DNA from: Raillietiella orientalis
Lineage: Eukaryota
Assembly (NCBI GenBank): GCA_036172245.1
Contig: JAYWIR010000011.1
Coordinates: 930,001 to 994,000, forward strand
DNA length: 64,000 nt
Reading direction: 5' to 3'
The notes below the pieces were generated by a model, which saw nothing but the letters and a program-made list of their open reading frames with translations, was not told the DNA's origin and searched no databases. Positions 25,912 to 39,236 of the stretch are shown in pieces. Both the position numbers and the translations under genes were made by a program. How positions within the stretch are numbered: position 1 is the first letter of the stretch; every line of letters starts with the position of its first letter.

Positions 25912-25954
25912 TTAGGTAGGTTAGGTTAGGTTAGGTTAGGTTAGGTTAGGTTAG
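25912..25954 (+). repeat. Interstitial (TTAGG)n arthropod telomere-type repeat
   Basis: TTAGG TAGG (TTAGG)6 TTAG. Confidence 0.95.
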
Positions 25955-28499
25955 ATGACCTTTCGATTTCGGAAGCGTTCGTCGTTTCCGACCGCGCCAA
26001 AGGCATCTCGCATTCGTTCCAGCAGTCGCGACAGACGTGCCAGGGATGGAGGAAAGCAAGGGAATGAGAATTTTGCAACTGGAGTTTCCGCCCCTTCCGA
26101 ACCATCGGCCGATAGAACAGCGCATTGCTTACCATGCAGTCCTTGCTCCAGTTTCCGGAACGCTTATTCCGCGGGCGCCTAGGTTTGTCGGGTGCAAGTG
26201 GATCGGCATCTTACTTGCCACAGGTAGGGATTCCATCCCAGAAGCATCCAGCAGCGAGATGACCTGACGATCTTCTCGCTTAGTGATCATGGAGCAGCCA
26301 CGTGCAGCCTTCGTAGCAAATCCTTCCTCAGGATGGAAGGAGGAGCTTCGCGCAACGGGAATGGATCTCTGTTCAGATTTCCTGGATGATCTGCAGACCT
26401 GCTGATCAACGTCAAGAATCCCGGAAGCATGGGGGTCCATGCTGAGAGGATTTCATGACGATTGTTGATAGGAGATGCAGCTCTCTTGCCTTGACGCTCG
26501 GTCTATCCAATCCTCTACGCCTAAAGAAACGAGGTCGTGGTCTTCGCTTCCGTGAAGATTGACCATTGTGGCCGCTGGTCCAGCTGAGGCATCCTGTATG
26601 CGTCCCCGCTGAATGCTGGATTCTAGGATGTGCCTCCTGTCCCTCCAAGAGCTCACTGGCCATGCGAGGGAAGCCTTTGATCCCCTTCAGTCCACCTCGC
26701 TGTTGCTTGGATGCCAGGGCCGTCGCTCGCACAGGAGCAGGCGCTCTTCTGGAGGAAAAGCGGGAGTGGCTGGCTTTTTGTGCTCGCTGCCCTTTCTCCC
26801 TCTCGCTCTTTACAGAGCCATCAGAAATACCTCGCGCAAGCAGCAGACTTTGGTTGTGATGACCGACTTCGGATGGGACGTCATTTCTCTTCTGGAGGAA
26901 GTTCTTTTGCATATGCTTATCCAAAACTTCATTAAAAACCCTAGCCTGCTGCTCCAGTAGGTGATCTTCCGCCGGAATTTCCAAATTCCTCCTTGCACCG
27001 TACTAACAATGGCTCTTTGTTTTTCGAAATGGGATCACAGCATCTTAGAATATTTTAGTGAAGAAGAATTGTCCTTTCTTGAGACTGGATGCAAAAAAAC
27101 AGGTTGAATTTTAAATAGAATTTTATCATTAGACGTTCGGATTGTGCTGACTTGATGCAGTGAATTGATGCAGTGATTTTCAGATCTTTATGTACTTGGA
27201 TCATTTTGAAGCAAACTTTTCAAATGGTATCCTTTTAGATCTCAATGCACTCAATGATGGAATCATCAGTCTAACCACCAAGGAAACGTTTACTCCTTCA
27301 TAATACATGCAGCCATGAATCATTCCCTTCTTCATGCCATTTTGTCCCGACGTGTTGCAGATGCACATGTTTCTCTCGTGTAATTTCATCCGTACTCCCA
27401 GGGTTTTTTAAAAGCTCCTTTTCATCTTCATCTCCGGATTCATCTTCAGTGGAACAGAACGGATTCCAGTATACGGCTCGCTCAGTTAATACCCAACGCC
27501 ATTAGGCGATCTCTTCAAATACTGTGAAAAAGGATGAGTCTTTTTCTTGGCCATTCCCTTGCTGTTCAGGAGCATTTTCTGCACGTTCTTTTCCGTGAGC
27601 TCCACTCTTCTATCGGAGAGTAGAAATCAAGAAGTACGTAGTCGTGGACTTTCCATCGGGGGCTCCACCGTCTCCGAGCCAATGAAGGCACCAGCATTTC
27701 ATGGAAGCATCTTGATGTTCCAATCTAGGATGCTGAGGATAGTCGATTGGTTACGGAGTGAACCAAGGGGTTTTCCTACCTCCCGGAAGTGAACTTTGCA
27801 GCGCTTTCAGATGAGGCAAGGTGGTTTTAGAAAGACACTTGGCGATTCTGAAAAATCTCAGATATATAAGCAAAAGTGCTTCCAAGAGTCTGCTTTCGTT
27901 CACTTGGATGTCAAAACTTTTCATTTTTACATGAAGACCTCATCTCCCTTAATTTCTTGCATGTTGCGGGCAGAAGAGATCTGTACACGCGCGTGTTTCA
28001 CTTCGTTCCGCTGAAAAGCCTCCAGATGCTCATACGGTGAACGATTTCCACGTTGAAACGAATAATGATGGTGGAGGTGTTTAGGCGGATGTCGATGTCG
28101 GCGTTGATGATGATGAAGACGACAGTGGTTTGAAAAGGTTCGACGTGCTGAAGAGCAGAACAGAGCAGCAGTTCTTAGTGCTCCACGGAGACTTCTCAAT
28201 TCAAGCGGACGTGCACAGCAGCAGGTGTGGAATTTGATACCCTGAGAAGAGATGCGATCATGAGGAAAGAGATGGTTCCGTAAGCGGTATGGAAATGCTA
28301 TCTTGCCGTGCAGCAGCAGCTGTACTGTCAAGGGCAGGTCCGGAGAGAAAGTTCATGGCAGTGAGACACGAAACGCGATAGATTTCAGTATGCATTTTTG
28401 CGATAGTATCTCTGAATCGGAGTATGCTAAGTCCAAATCTAAATTCCCTTGTAACGAATTTTTCTTTTCTTTTCGAATGACTCGAACCGAAGACTACTG

Positions 28500-28870
28500 C
28501 GGTTTGATTCATCGACCTGTCCAGAATATCATTTGCTGTGCGCCAACCTACATTTAGGGGAAGCTGAAGGTGACACGGGCGCTCACATTCGATCGCTTCG
28601 CACCTTACGTCATCAGAATCCATCCATTGTGGAAGCTGCTACTGCTGATTGCATCCGGAAAAATGAGATTCCGAACTACATCACAGTGCCATTCGGCCTG
28701 TGCGAGTACAAAACTGCCATCTGCACGAGCAAAGAGCATTTCACATTTGTCCCTTGGAAACGGAAAGTGCCCACCGCGAAAGTGTTGCGCAAATTCGTGT
28801 GGCTTCGGTGTTGTTCATTCTCTCGAAGTGTGGCAAGTACTTGTCTGCGACTCCGTTTCGTTCCAGAAAT
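28500..28870 (+). mobile_element. Possible piggyBac-like transposase C-terminal relic
   Basis: FDRFAPYVIRIHPLW, then EHF..VP..K.P, KCPPRKC and KCGKYL, resembling a Cys-rich tail spread over frameshifts. Confidence 0.3.
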
Positions 28871-29129
28871 CAGTGGAACTTTCTGGGCAGCCAACCCATT
28901 CCATTTCTTCACAGAAAAATTTTAGAGCCTGTGCGAAGAACCATGGCAGTTTAGAACGTGTGGATCCTCCACCACCTACTCCGTGAACGCCTCCTTCCGG
29001 GAAGATTTGCACATCTGAGAAAATCTTTCGAGTTGCGAGAGAAGTCGATAACTCAAGCATCTTCCACTCTTATTCACGGGTAACCTGATTGCAATTCCCT
29101 ATCGTGGTTAGCCCCACTCTGACAAGCGG

Positions 29130-29708
29130 CGGGGCGATTTCATTTGTCCACAGTTTTCAACAGGAATTGACAGAAGTGCGGACACACGTTTAACACAGCT
29201 CCAGCAACACTCGTGTAGCACTGCATTTTGCACTGAAGTGCACGCTCGGTGTCGCATTCCGGTGCTCCGTCCTAGCGCGGTTCTCCTGTCGATGGTCACT
29301 GCGAGGAGGGACATTGGTGCTACTCTGTACACTCATCAGGTCGTCTGCAGTTTCTGCAAGTGCCCATGCAGGCGGCATCCTTCCGAAATTGAGGATCTCG
29401 ATTTCCTTCTTCTTCAGTTCTTGTAAGATCTCCTCTGCCGGCACGTTTTCCCTTGGAGGAGCTTCCACCTTCACATTCACGATGCTGTTGACGAAGAAGA
29501 CGAAGGTGGCCCGCGCCATCGGGTTGTACGCCAGGACCACTCCCTTCCCGTGGAAGAGTGCACTCAGGATCTCCGTTGGTAACGCATTCTGCTGTCCTGC
29601 CACCAGTCGGACCACTGTCCACTCCCGGCAGGTAGACATGCTATGCTGGGTTTCTCGCTCGCCGCCCACTTCACAGGCTTCATCCTGTGAGCTGTCGGAG
29701 GCGGACAC
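29130..29708 (-). mobile_element. gag-like ORF1 relic of a non-LTR element
   Basis: NVPAEEILQELKKKEIEILNFGRM (EEIxxEL..V.R pattern) followed by degenerate Cys knuckle-like residues. Paralogous to 62170-62430. Confidence 0.55.
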
Positions 29709-30639
29709 AGGGAGACCTCACAGGGAGATCTTCGCGACAGAAAAGCAGAAGGTCAACTAGAGTGTCCAGTGGTAAGGCCTTCCTCCAGATCACCGATTGC
29801 TTTGCAGTTTATCTGCGTATCGCGGAGACGCTGGACTGGCCACCTACGGCTGCCTCTCCACTTTACTTCCTGGACTATGACCTATTTCTCTTGTGCTGCT
29901 TTCCAGAGTTCCCTGATCCTTCGTCAGACGCTAGAGCAGCCTCATCTCGTGGCGTTCTCCGCTCGCTGCGAGCTGTTCGCGTTGCGCGATCTTCGGGTTG
30001 GGTCACCGGTGAATCCACTGCACCGCGTGCCCCACGGCTGCGAGACAAAGCAGGGAATCGTCCGAGAGAATTATTTGCTCCAGAGTTGTTTCCAGTTCTT
30101 TTTTCCAGCTGGTGAGCGTTAGTGCTCAGCTGTTTTTTCCGCGACCAAGTGCAGTCCACCAAATCCCACTGGCTATCGTCTTTTGCCACCAGGGCTGCTA
30201 TCATGCCCCCGGACTTTTTCTATTGCATCTCCCTATCCTGAGCTTCTTCCCGCACGGACTAGCGATTTGGTATTTTTTTTTTTCCAGGACAAATAGCTTA
30301 TTTCCAATCATCTTATTACATCTCATTACAAATGCTACGCTTTGATCATCATACGGTCATCGTTCAGTCAGCAGTATTCCAAACATTACCAAGACAGCAC
30401 GAAAGATGAGTCACTGTTCACAAGAGTTTCAGCGCACCGCAGTTCAAAGAAATTGTCTTTGTGTCGCACCATCTCACTAATGAGGAGCCATTCCTGTTGT
30501 TAACACTTTTTCCACATCCTGGAGATGGTGGTCGGCGCTTTCAGTTTTCTGGAGAATATGGAGGGGAGGGATCTGGTTCAAAATACGGAACGCCGAGGCC
30601 ACGAAAGATCAAAAAAAAAATGAAGGTATGCGCTTATTT

Positions 30640-30935
30640 TACATAGTGATATGCAAATTCATTTCAATGTACAATATTTACACAAATATGTAATGTCAAT
30701 ATGTATGGTGAGCATATCTATAAATACAGTACACTTTTTAATATGCATATCAACGATGTAATCAACAAATTATTGATTTTATTAATAAAGTGTATGTCAC
30801 CGTATCTTAATGGATACATCTGTCTCAGTAACATTACTGTCAACAACGTGTATACGCTAATCAATATGAATCACTATGATTGAAATAGATTTCTATATTG
30901 GTCTACGTAGAATAAGCCCACATGTGTATTCTTTA
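30640..30935. other. AT-rich island
   Basis: Abrupt switch to strongly AT-rich sequence, with a 9-bp inverted pair CATAGTGAT (30642) / ATCACTATG (30870). Confidence 0.7.
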
Positions 30936-33900
30936 TGATCTTTCGGGATTTTGATCTCCACCAGACGGAGAGTCCATGCAGGAACTTTGCTGCAGCCTCT
31001 GCTTCCAGCTTCTTTGCCTCGAGTTTTCATCAAGCCGAACGGAAAGCTTCCGAAGCTTTATCCATCCAAAGAGCGAATTCTTGAATTGTTCTTCATCCGG
31101 GAGACGGTGGGGACGGGCTGCTGGTGAGTCCCGCGGTGTCACCTTCCGTAGCATTTCGTTCTGCAGACCTACGTCTGCCACTTCCGGGAAAGGAAGCAAG
31201 AGTGCGTTTCCATCTTTCACCATCCTGGTTTGGACGAATGGCTAATAAACGATACATCTTTTATAGTTGGTCATTGCTGGATCGGAAAAGAGTTGGTTTG
31301 ATGAGCTCGTGAAACGTTCGTACCAACCGAGGTAGCTCAAAGTGGATGGAGAACAGGGATCCGAATGGGATGTGAAACCAGCCAGGCGGGAGGGAATACA
31401 TTTTTATGTACGTCAACTCGCCGGGGTAATTCCAAACGGTCCACTCCTTGGAAGCAGATGTAGGTTTGTTTTCATCTTCGGAGAGCACGTAAAAGATACC
31501 GGGTGACTTAACTGCCATGATCATGACATGAGCATCATTGAGGAAGTCCCATCTTACAACAGATTACAGAAACATCCCGAAGTATCCTCCGAACAGGGAA
31601 GACACTCTGGGATCCCTTCTCCGATCTCCGGGGATCATGGCGTTTTCCCGTCTTCGATTTCTGCAGGGAAACTTCGAGAACGTCCGCGCGGTTCAGGGAA
31701 TGCAAGCTCTTGCTCGGAGAGCTGACCTCTCCTCGCTCCTGGATCTCGACGCCGCGTTCCCCACTTGGATAGGCACCCCTTTGCTCGGAGAGAAGAACCC
31801 CCTGTAACCTCAGCTTTGCCGGGTCGTCCCAACCGAGAACCAGGATGCTTCGGAATTCCCGCTTTGCTCTCTGTGAGAAGAAGCGTCTGCCTGTGAAGCT
31901 CCGCTCTTTCTGGCAGCACCGTTTCCAAGTATCTCCTTCCCCCGCACCAGTTGTCTTCGAGATGCAGGCAGTTTCCGAGCGCGCCTCCTGGCTCCCAAGT
32001 CTTCTTAGCCGACGTCTGTCCTTCTGTTTCTGTTCGTTCTCACGTTTTCTCGTCCCGCGGCAGTAAATTTCGTAGACTTTGTTAAGCGTGGTCAATAAAA
32101 TCAGAAAAGGAAAAGAAGGGTTCATTCCGGAGAAGGCCAGAAGCTGTCCAATCATTCATTTCCTAGAGCTCTTTCGCAAATCAGGATGGATTGGAATACC
32201 GTGTTCCCGAAAAATCGTGCAGACGTCACGTGATGGCTCTGTTCCCGGGTGCCGTGCTTCCGGATCCGTGCGGCTCGCACTCCACTCGCGCCGCTTTCCT
32301 GGAGGTTCTGCTCGCGCGCGAGGGGATTCCCGGATCGGGAAGAGCGCTCCGCATTCGCTGCGAGGTGGGGGAGGGGGACTGCTGTGCACTGCAAGGCAGC
32401 ACGGGAAGGAAGGGAGGAAGGAAAGGGGAGGGAAGAGGGGATTCATGATAAAAAGCAAAAAACTTCCTGCTCAAACTTTATGCAAATTTCAACGATTTGG
32501 TGAAGAGCGAAGGGCAAGATTTACGATTCGCCTCGAACCATTTACGAGGAGCAGCATCCGCAGAGAACAGCAGAAAGGAAGGAGTCATTAAATCATAGTG
32601 TATAATTGTCCCGAAAAACATCACCACGCCCTGAAAGTTTACAAGAGATTTAACTCCTGGATTGATGCGGCCTTACTCCCACAAAGGGGGGAAGAAAAAA
32701 GAAAGAAAAAGGAAAAATTCAATGATTTGATTGCAAGAACAATGATCCCATGATTGAATCGGGAGATAATGAACAGATTTTAAGTAGGGCTGCCGGGCTG
32801 CGGATCGCGCCGCGGTCGGGGTTTCTCTTCGCGTTCACCCCTCCCCCCCCGCGCGCGAGGGCGGCGGGGGAGCGTGGCGGCTCCCGGTCCTCAAGAGAAC
32901 TCGCCGTTAGCAAGCTCGAAGGAAGGAAGGAACGGAACCGCTCACCCTGTGAGCGTGACATGACGTGTCCAAACGTCTATTTTGAGACGGCTGCCAAAAA
33001 AAAAGACGCTTGCATACTTCGTGCTTCTTATGGGAGCTCTTGGAAGCAGGGAGGCCTCCTAAGATAAGCTGCGATGCGGTGCTGCCTTGTGGGAGGAGGG
33101 GGAGGGGAACCCCCTCCATGCAAATACCAAAAGACTTTTATGTGTTTGAGACTTTCGACGAAGGAAAGAGGGAGGAGGAGGCACTGCAATTCCCTTACTG
33201 GAAATTTCGAGGTTGTTTCACGGATCCCATCTGGAACTAATCCCGGATAAACACTTATGGAAGAGACATGGTCTCTTCCAAAGGCTTCCAGAGGAATGAA
33301 TCCGGTTGAGCATCCTTCGAAGAGCGAAACCTGTATCAGGGATGCAGCACATCCGGATCGAAGTTTGAGTTCCCCAATGATCCAACTCTTCCGAGAGTTG
33401 GCCAACGGTCGACCCTGGAAGTCCTGGTCCGCCTTTATGGCATTCCCGAAATCCCTTTCTTAAAAATGCAATTTCAGGAAAGGCATTCCACTTCTCTCGC
33501 GAGTACCGAGCTGCCCACATCATAAAAATCCTCTTTGATTTAGAGGTGCAGATTGGACTTTCAGTGCAAACTGCTTTCAACGTCTGGGGTACTTCCCGGA
33601 ATGCTCCACGCCTAAACCTGCTTTGAATTCGAATCAATCAAATTTCTGCAAGGGAGGAGTGATCGCGCAGTCCTGCAAGGAAAAAGGGGGGGGGGAGATG
33701 GTCGAGCAGGCGGCCACAGGGCCGGCGAGCGCCTCTCGGAAGGTCGTGCTCGTTGCTTGCCGGTTCTGAAGCACACACGAGGACGTGCCTTCTGGCCCGG
33801 TCGCGCTGAGGCGCTTCCTGCAGTCGATGAACGTACAGAGGCAGCGATGGTCGGTCTACCAAACATTCGCTGATCAAAGAATCTGCAGAGGAACCGGAGC

Positions 33901-34259
33901 GCAGACCGGCGAGGGTCACCGTAGCAGCAGAAGAGGGAGGGGGGTGAAGAAAACGGAAAAGGAAAATAAAATAAAAAAAAGTACAAACAAACAAATAAAA
34001 AAACACTCTGGGAAGGGAAGGGAGCTCGGGGAGGGATCACCGTCTGCTTTCGGGCGTCCTCTGTATCCTTCCAAAGATGCCGGCAATTTCGGGCTGCGTG
34101 CTTCCCAGATGGGTCATCTCTGGTTGCTGTCCTTGGGAAGCGGACCGCAAAGCGGATGGCGTCCCTGTCCTTATCGCCTCACTAGACGGCGCTCTAGCAA
34201 CCACAATCCCACGTAGGTACCAAAGAGCAGCTGGAGAGCGGCTGGCTCCAGGGCATCGC

Positions 34260-34910
34260 GAAAGAAGAGGAGGTTCAAAGCGTCTCTGGGATTGCCGTCA
34301 GCAGTCCGCAGGGTCGTGGCAAAGCGCTCCCACAGGGGCTGGGCCGGAGGGTAGCACAGACCACGAGCAAGTGAGGGAGGGATCGGTGTTCCCCGCACCT
34401 GCTGCACTTTGGGTCCATCCACCCCAGCTCCAGTGACGTCGACGGACGTTGCAAGGGAGACGCCAATGCAACAACAGCAGGATCTCCGACTCCTGTCACT
34501 TCAGAGGGAGGGTGTGCGCGTTTCTCAGCACTGGGGACCGCTCGAGGCTTTCCCGGGGAATTTCTAGCAGCTCACCCCAGCGCAAAAGTCCTTAGGTAAG
34601 GGCATTTGGAGTCACTGCATCAGCCATCATCATCTTTCCTTCTAGAACCCGGTCCGCAAGCGACCTTCCATCTTGCAAACAGGCTGCTACCAATCTGCTC
34701 CCTTAGGAAGGTTCTGTCTGCCCACGATCTCCTTGTGGGAAGAACAGCGCAAGCGCTGCGAAAACACCGGCCCGGCTCTTGGATCTTCGCCCACGTGCAA
34801 ACGGTTCCCTGGAACCAGGCGCTACCATTCGCGGGGCAGCAGGAAATCCAGCTATGCTCCCTTCTCAGTGCAGTGGCCCGCCGTGATCCACGAGCCCTCC
34901 ACATGGACAT
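34260..34910 (+). mobile_element. Decayed RLE-type retrotransposon fragment
   Basis: RRFKASLGLPSA...GWAGG and WIFAHVQTVPWNQA...LCSL...ALH resemble the thumb and pre-zinc-knuckle motifs. Confidence 0.35.
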
Positions 34911-35029
34911 GCCTATACCGTGAAAACAAGAAGGTACACGGAAATGTCACTCCCTCATCAATGACAGATCACGAACAGCAAGGGAGGGGATGTTTTCCAG
35001 GACAGAACTCTGAGAGAGTGGCCTCGAAT

Positions 35030-35270
35030 ATGGTGAGGGGATCGGACGGACAGGCTGCTCGTCTCGGAAACGTCCTAGAAGCGGCGAGCATCTTCGAGTC
35101 GTGGAAGCCTCTGGTAGAGGGAAGTGGTGGTGTCTGAGGGCTATTCCACCCCTCTACTGGTCTGAGAGAAGAACCCGCATAGCCAAAAAGGCAACACGGA
35201 AAACAGAGATCGCGATCCACTGGCCCGTGCCTCACGATCACTGTGGTATCGGATGCTGCACGCTTCATCC
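35030..35270 (+). mobile_element. Possible RNase H-like relic
   Basis: SDGQAA (SDSQAA-like) and IAIHWPVPHDHCGIG (WxPxHxGI-like). Confidence 0.3.
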
Positions 35271-37390
35271 TCTAAGGAAACCCAGCTACCATCCAGTCCA
35301 ACTCGCGAGCGGCTTTGGGCATTCGCTTGATGGTCCTTATCGGAAGATGGATGTTATTAGGGACGCTTAATTTAGGTCGCGACGCCGATCGGAGCGCAGA
35401 AGTCTCACTGAGTGATTATCCAAGAGAATGTTAAGAGTGCCACGAATCGGAAATCTCACTGATGTCTCCACTTTGTAAACGAAGGAAAAATCTAGCTATC
35501 AGAGCCCCCTTTGAAGAAGGACTGTTTTCTGATCTCATATTGAGTTCCGGAATCGCGAAGCGGGAAGCAGGAGAGGACGCAGAGATCGCTGAGATTTCGA
35601 TGATTCGATTTGTGAAGAGAGATTCTCTTCCCCCCCTCCCCCCTTTCTCCCTCCCCCTTTCATGTTGTGCATCCCAGCACCCGAGTTTCCTTTGAGATCG
35701 CCATGCAAGCGGTCTTCCAGAAATGCGAGTTCCTTAGACACGGCTCAACAATTTTTGCCTTCTTTTTCTTATCTTTTCTTTTCCGGGATGAATTTTGGAT
35801 GAGAAATCAATAAATCCCTGTTGGAACCGTCAGCTGCATGATTTTGATTTGATTCGGAAAAATCCGTCGTGAATAATAAAAGCAGAGATGGGGAAAAAAT
35901 GGAATTTTCAGCGTCTCTTCTTCGAACAACAGCCGTTCCTTGTGGGAGGTCTTTTGTACCAGCTCCAACCTGGGACTCATCGCCGAGGTAAATAGCTCCG
36001 TCCTCTCTCTCCATCTCCTTTCTTCCCTCACTTCGCGCTCCGTGCGCCAGACGGAGGAATTTTGCAAGGGGCTGGCGGACCCACAAGGAACTCCCCGCTC
36101 GGCACAAGGAGCGGACAAAAGGGGAAGGGGAACCCTGAAAAAAGGAGGGCTCGCCCCTTGCAGGCAGCAAGCGCCCAGTGAGCAATGGCAAGGCGAAACG
36201 GCCGCGAACGAAAGGTCCACTTCGAAGGGAGCGACGACCGGAGCCCAGTAGGCGTCTCTTCACGGCTGCGGTCGATTCCGATTCCGGATGCTCGCTGACT
36301 CCGGGCTGAGGGTCCACGCCTTCTTCTCGGCTTGGCTGCAGGCCCTACTGAGCAAGCTGAGGAAGTGTCCGAGTATCACGAAAAAACTGCGGTTCAAGAG
36401 GAGGTGATGCTCCTTATAGCCGTGGAGCTTCGGACCCCTGAGATGCGCGGGAGAAAGAGCAGAGTGGAGAATTCTTCAAGTGGGCGAGGTCCATCTGCTT
36501 GGGAGCACTCTGAAGCTGGAGGCGTTGCATCCATGCCTGCTGCATCGACGAGGCTCATCGTGCTAAGTGGCGCCCGAAGGGACGGCACGTGTCGCGAAAC
36601 CCTGCACTCCGCGTTCTAGCAGCCAGTCCCCTGAAGAATCAGTCGTCCAGAATCCACGAGTCTCGTTTCCTTGAATTTTTTTTTCGGCGATCTGGATAGC
36701 GCGAGGGCGAGGAGAACCTGCTCCCGAAGCACTCCCTTCACCAAGATGGGAGACCTCGGCTTGCCCACGGATGCACCTTTGTTTATCGTGGTTCACCTCG
36801 AATTTCCATCAGGGATGCATGCTCTTTTCTCCTGAAGTTTGGAGTGGGGCAAGCAGCAAGTGGGAGATCACGCTCCGGCTCTTCTGGGGCTGTTCGCGAA
36901 GGAATCTTCTGGTCGTCATGGAGATGCCACTTTCCCACCAATAATCCAGTCCCAACGAGGCGCGAAGGCATGCAACCTGGAAAAAAGCGTCCTTGTGCTC
37001 GTCGGATGTAAAAGACATCATCATCTCGTGAAAAGGAGGGGATTTATCTTGCAACCATCTTTTTCAAATGTGCGCCGGTTGCTGAATGCACACCGCATGA
37101 GAAGGCGTGTCGCCAGCCTTTAGGATAGCAGAGCGGCTGCAACCCTACCGCATTACTTTTTTTTTGCTTTTCCATTTTTCATTCCTTCCCGAGTGCCTTG
37201 AAGCATTGATCGGGAAGTGGAGGCGCTGAAACCAAGGAGCATATTCATGACCATCAGTGATCCCATGCATGTCATTCGAATACGCGTTTTTGAATCGACA
37301 CGCGTACATTTCCTATGGGCCGGAGCATTCCTCACGTCTCCTGTGCCTTCCCTCGCAAGAAAGCGGGGCAGGATGCTTCAGTGCTCCTGG

Positions 37391-37472
37391 CATTCCCGCT
37401 TTGGAAGCAGCTGTCATTCCCGCTTTGGAAGCAGAAAAGATGGCCGATCATCTTTGATCGGCCATCTTTTCT
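37391..37472. repeat. 20-nt tandem duplication abutting an 18-bp perfect hairpin
   Basis: CATTCCCGCTTTGGAAGCAG twice (period 24), then AGAAAAGATGGCCGATCA-TCTT-TGATCGGCCATCTTTTCT. Confidence 0.92.
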
Positions 37473-38451
37473 TCTTGCTGCCCCATCGTTCCCGAGGATT
37501 ACGGTGATGGCATCCGGGTTTCAGACGTCATGGCGACGAGTTCGGTCGATGGAGCACCACATGGAAGGAACGGAGGTCAGAATCTCCCTTTCCGGAGCGA
37601 CTGACCCCTTAGCTTTAGGAGCTGCGTGGTTTTCTGAAAAGCGGCCTCGGTCGGACCGATGAGAAACGAATCCAGCAAACGGAGCAGCGGATTCCTCTGA
37701 CGTGACGCATCCATCGTTTGCTGGTGCGCTGAGATTGTGGGAACCCTGGCCACAGAAGGCGGAGACTCGGGCGACGACGGTGTACTGCGAAGTCTTGTGT
37801 TTCGCGCAGACATTTCGTCCGGAAACCACCGATCTCTGAGCCGCTCAGAAGAGCTTCCTCATTGACCGTCTCTTGCGCAGAACTTACAGTTGCCTTGTAC
37901 AGAGAGCGGGAATGTACAGGATTACACTGCTTTCTGTTTTTTTTCTTTTCTTTTACAAGTCAGCCGAGTACCTGAGCTCTCCGAATAAGCGTCCTGCCAC
38001 CTCAGAGGGTTTCCTCAAAGAGAGGGGAAAAGAAGTTGCGGCAGAGAGAAGGGTGCTGTTTCGCTAAAAAAGCGCGGTCTTCCGTTGCACCGACCCCACG
38101 AGCCAGACCTGGAGCGGGCAAGGAGAAAGCAAGTTGCCCCGCGCGAGGTAGCACGAGGAATTTGGTGTCGGTAACTTTTTCGCTTGCAAAAGATCACAAA
38201 AAGCGACATCACGACTCCCACGGAGCAGTCGTTGGAACCAATAGGGATGCTTCTGAAAGCGCCTTTTTTCAGGAAAATTCTAAGTCTTCTCGCTTGCATC
38301 AAATCTATTGAAACGTCGGTGTGACAATACGGTAAATAGAAATGCACTCAAAGAGACCAAGACGCCTAGATCAGGGCTTCACTGAACGGGACAGAGCACA
38401 ACAGGATGCAGCAGAATGCCTTGCATTCTGTTGGCATGAAGGAGGTACAAG

Positions 38452-38483
38452 ATCTCTTCTCGGCCTTTTAACTGAGATTAAAG
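38452..38483 (+). ncRNA. U2 snRNA 5'-end fragment (nt 1-32-like)
   Basis: ATCTCTTCTCGGCCTTTTAACTGAGATTAAAG versus remembered U2 ATCGCTTCTCGGCCTTTTGGCTAAGATCAAAG: 27/32 by eye, starting at U2 nt 1. Confidence 0.75.
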
Positions 38484-38484
38484 G

Positions 38485-39086
38485 GATTTGTCGAATTCGT
38501 GTTCATCCATGCCGCATGATTGAATTTGCTTCCGATTCGGGGCGTGTCAGGGTGACCCCTAGCAGAAAAATCATGCCGACGTTGTGTGGTTAGAGATGAG
38601 ACCCTGTCTCATATTTTCAACCACTGCAGGAGGCATTCTATACTATGCACAGCTAGGCACGACGCCGTCCTCGGAAGGCTATCGGAAGCTGCGAAGGATA
38701 CTGCAGGATGGAAGTTGATGTCGGCCAACAAGACTGTGCCTGGGTCCGATTCCAGCCAAAGACCGGATCTGGTGCTGCAGAAGACAAATGGGATGATTAT
38801 CCTCGAAGTCTGCTGTCCCTTCGAAAAGAAGGAAGATGTATGCAGAATCGCAAGATTGGAGAAGGAGACAAAGTATCAAGAGATCACCTTGCCGTTTACG
38901 AGAAAAGGCTCGAACCCATGCGTTTATCGTAGGTGCAGTGAGATCGTGGGGCCCTCGGAACGATGGGGTCATCCGAGAGTTGGGTATCCCAAGCCGGTGT
39001 GCGAATACAATGAGAACTCGATGGTGGTATCGTGTATCAAGCACAGTAGGGGCATCCACTGGGTGCATCCTCAGATGACGCCATGA
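38485..39086 (+). mobile_element. 5'-truncated Utopia/NeSL-like retrotransposon: CCHC knuckle plus RLE domain
   Basis: FIHAA*LNLLPI..CRRC..ETLSHIFNHC..ARHDAVL..RPDLVL..LEVCCPFE..ARLEKETKY, then frameshift to FIVGAVRSW..ND..LGI..SRGI. Confidence 0.9.
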
Positions 39087-39236
39087 ATCTGCAGCTTGAA
39101 AAAGTATCAGAAGAAGAGTCTCTCTTCTAGTTCGTGAAGAGTGAACGTTCTTTTAGTCCAAGGAAGAGAGATACGGCAGAGCCATCCAATCTTTATTTCA
39201 TTACATATTTGGTAATATCTTAATGAAATTATATAA

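Noticed and set aside
36915..36971. TGLLVGKWHL sulfatase-like motif on the minus strand
   Set aside because: Isolated motif with no upstream CxPxR or other support.
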